From Myxococcota bacterium (GTDB lineage: Bacteria > Myxococcota_A > Polyangia > Polyangiales > Ga0077539), in assembly GCA_052035985.1 (NCBI GenBank), contig JBPOHC010000544.1, forward strand, positions 1,597-65,596: DNA of 64,000 bases. Reading direction: 5' to 3'. Position 1 is the stretch's first letter. Every line of letters starts with the position of its first letter. The position numbers and the translations under genes were made by a program. This document shows positions 62,263 through 64,000 of this stretch, piece by piece. The notes beneath the pieces were generated by a model, which worked only from the letters and a program-made list of their open reading frames with translations, had not been told where the DNA came from and searched no databases.

Positions 62263-64000
62263 AGCTCTCGTCGTCTTCGTCGCCCGCCGTCGCGTCGGCG
62301 AGGAGCATCGCGACGTCGTCGGCGGTGATGCCCGCGAGCGCGCTCGCCTCGGACCTTCCGTCAGAGAGCAGCGCGTCGGCGAGGGTGCGCTTTCGGTCCT
62401 TCAGCGCCTCGACGCGGTCTTCGACGGTTCCCCTCGCGACGAGCCTGTAGACGGTGACCGCGCGCGTCTGTCCGATGCGGTGGGCGCGCGCCGTGGCTTG
62501 ATCTTCAACGGCGGGGTTCCACCACGGGTCGCAGTGGATCACGGTGTCGGCCGCGGTGAGGTTGAGCCCCGCGCCGCCCGCCTTGAGCGACACGAGGAAC
62601 AGCGGCGCCGCCCCCTCCTGAAAGCGTCGGATCACGAGCTCGCGCGAGACCGTCGCGCCGTCGAGGTACTCGTAGGTGATCCCCTCGCGGTCGAGGTCCG
62701 CGCCCCAGAGCTTCAGGAGCTCGGTGAACTGCGAGAACACCAGCGCGCGTCGCCCCTCCGCCACGAGCTGCTTGACCGTCGCGAGAAAGACCTTCCGCTT
62801 CGATCCGATCACCGCGGTCGTGGGGTCGACGAGCCTCGGGTCGCACGCCATCTGCCGCAGTCGAAGCAGCGCCGTGAACATCGCGATGCCGGGCTTCGCC
62901 GCCGGATCGCGGCGCATGAACTCCCGCACCTCCTCGCGCAGCACCACCGCGAGCGCGTCGTAGACGTGACGATGCGACGAGGGGAGCGGGCACACGAGGT
63001 CGATCTCCTGCCGCGGCGGGAGATCATCGAGCACCTCGGCGCGCGTGCGACGCAGCACGAAGGGACGCACCAGCGCGCGCAGCCTCGCGGACACCACGGC
63101 CGCTTCGAAGACCTTCGGCGAGGTCACGCCCGCGACGGCCGCCGCTGCGATGGGCTTCTCGTAGCGCGCTTCGAAGCGCGCGCGGGGCCCCAGCATCCCG
63201 GGGTTGGCGAAGTCCATGATCGACCAGAGCTCGGCGAGGCGGTTCTCGACGGGCGTCCCCGTGAGCGCGAGGCGCACCTTCGCGCGGAGCGAGCGCGCGG
63301 CGCGCGTGGTGGTCGCGTCGGCGTTCTTGATGTTCTGCGCCTCGTCGAGCACCGCGTAGCGAAAGGTCACCGCGCGCAAAAGCTCCGCGTCTCGGCGGAG
63401 GAGCGCGTAGGTCGTCACCACGAGGTCGAAGCGCGCGAGCTCCGCGGTGGCGCGCTCCGATGCGCCGAGCCCCTGGAGCGAGAGCACCTTGAGCGACGGC
63501 GCGAAGCGCTGCGCCTCGTTCACCCAGTTGCTCGCGACGGACGTGGGACACACCACGAGCGACGGCGCGGCGCCCTCGCGGTCGCGCTTCCACGCGAGGA
63601 GCGCGAGGGTCATCACGGTCTTGCCGAGGCCCATGTCGTCGGCGAGCACGCCGCCCGCGCCCATCGCGTCGAGAAACTGGAGCCACGCGAGACCCTGCTT
63701 CTGATAGGGACGCAACGACGTGGCGAAGTCCTTCGGGAGCTCGGGCGAGGGGGCCACCGTGACCGCGCGAAGCGATTTTCGAAGCGCCTCGGCGGACTCG
63801 TCGCGCGTGCTCTCCATCGCGTCGAGCCAGCGCTCAACGCGCCCATACTGATGCAGCGGGACCTTCGCCCCGGCGCCGTCTTCCGTGGCCGTGAAGGCCT
63901 CGCCCGCGTCGTCGAGGAGGTCGGCCACCGCGTCGCCGATCTCGGCCAGCGAGCGGTCGTCGAGGAGCACCCAGCGCCGCTTCTTCGCGAGCGCCGCGCG
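62252..64000 (-). CDS. SNF2-family helicase, N-terminus beyond the window
   Basis: DDMGLGKT, DEAQNIKN, LTGTPVENR, SLKAGGAGLNLTAADTVIHCDPWWNPAVEDQATARAHRIGQ. The reading frame stays open upstream of the track start 63970 to base 64000 (..RAALAKKRRW VLLDD..). Confidence 0.9.
   Translation of the reverse strand, partial: RAALAKKRRWVLLDDRSLAEIGDAVADLLDDAGEAFTATEDGAGAKVPLHQYGRVERWLDAMESTRDESAEALRKSLRAVTVAPSPELPKDFATSLRPYQKQGLAWLQFLDAMGAGGVLADDMGLGKTVMTLALLAWKRDREGAAPSLVVCPTSVASNWVNEAQRFAPSLKVLSLQGLGASERATAELARFDLVVTTYALLRRDAELLRAVTFRYAVLDEAQNIKNADATTTRAARSLRAKVRLALTGTPVENRLAELWSIMDFANPGMLGPRARFEARYEKPIAAAAVAGVTSPKVFEAAVVSARLRALVRPFVLRRTRAEVLDDLPPRQEIDLVCPLPSSHRHVYDALAVVLREEVREFMRRDPAAKPGIAMFTALLRLRQMACDPRLVDPTTAVIGSKRKVFLATVKQLVAEGRRALVFSQFTELLKLWGADLDREGITYEYLDGATVSRELVIRRFQEGAAPLFLVSLKAGGAGLNLTAADTVIHCDPWWNPAVEDQATARAHRIGQTRAVTVYRLVARGTVEDRVEALKDRKRTLADALLSDGRSEASALAGITADDVAMLLADATAGDEDDESFSP

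Overview
This is 64 kb of very GC-rich (about 70-72% by eye) chromosomal DNA, almost certainly from a myxobacterium (Myxococcota). The signs are a MYXO-CTERM sorting tail, Cys-rich-repeat lipoproteins, a eukaryote-like Ser/Thr kinase, an FHA-type sigma54 activator, an ECF sigma/FecR pair, DUF4388 proteins and Pro/Ala-rich linkers. I resolve 54 tightly packed protein-coding genes (coding density above 90%, with many ATGA/GTGA/TTGA stop-start overlaps). I see no rRNA, tRNA, CRISPR array, transposase, integrase or phage gene. Most long ORFs in the supplied track are GC-driven shadow ORFs: Arg/Ala/Gly/Pro-rich, in codon-aligned antisense or shifted frames of real genes. One real gene (1..1359, minus strand) is missing from the track because it has no stop inside the window. 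Housekeeping anchors are nudC, an alaX-like editing protein, pyrR-pyrB, rplU-rpmA and a ligase-associated-type helicase plus pdeM. I found no single clear-cut novel multi-gene system. The candidates most worth a second look are these. (i) A stand-alone hcp/tssD with its own sigma54-type promoter, upstream inverted repeats and terminator. (ii) An exact bipartite motif ACATTTCTG-N15-CGTCG shared by the ECF-sigma operon and a NIDO-domain/MYXO-CTERM surface-protein gene. (iii) A divergent RelA/SpoT-like (alarmone-synthetase fold) protein preceded by a 64-aa two-TM ORF, beside a repeat-laden region of about 50% GC and an orphan ParA. (iv) A secreted Fam20C/four-jointed-like kinase homologue with a His-rich tail. 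(v) Several pseudo-enzyme architectures: a GlgA N-domain only, an Hsp70-NBD/DUF4388/J-like chimera with degenerate motifs, and an active plus dead transglutaminase paralogue pair. All family assignments come from motif recognition by eye, not from database searches.
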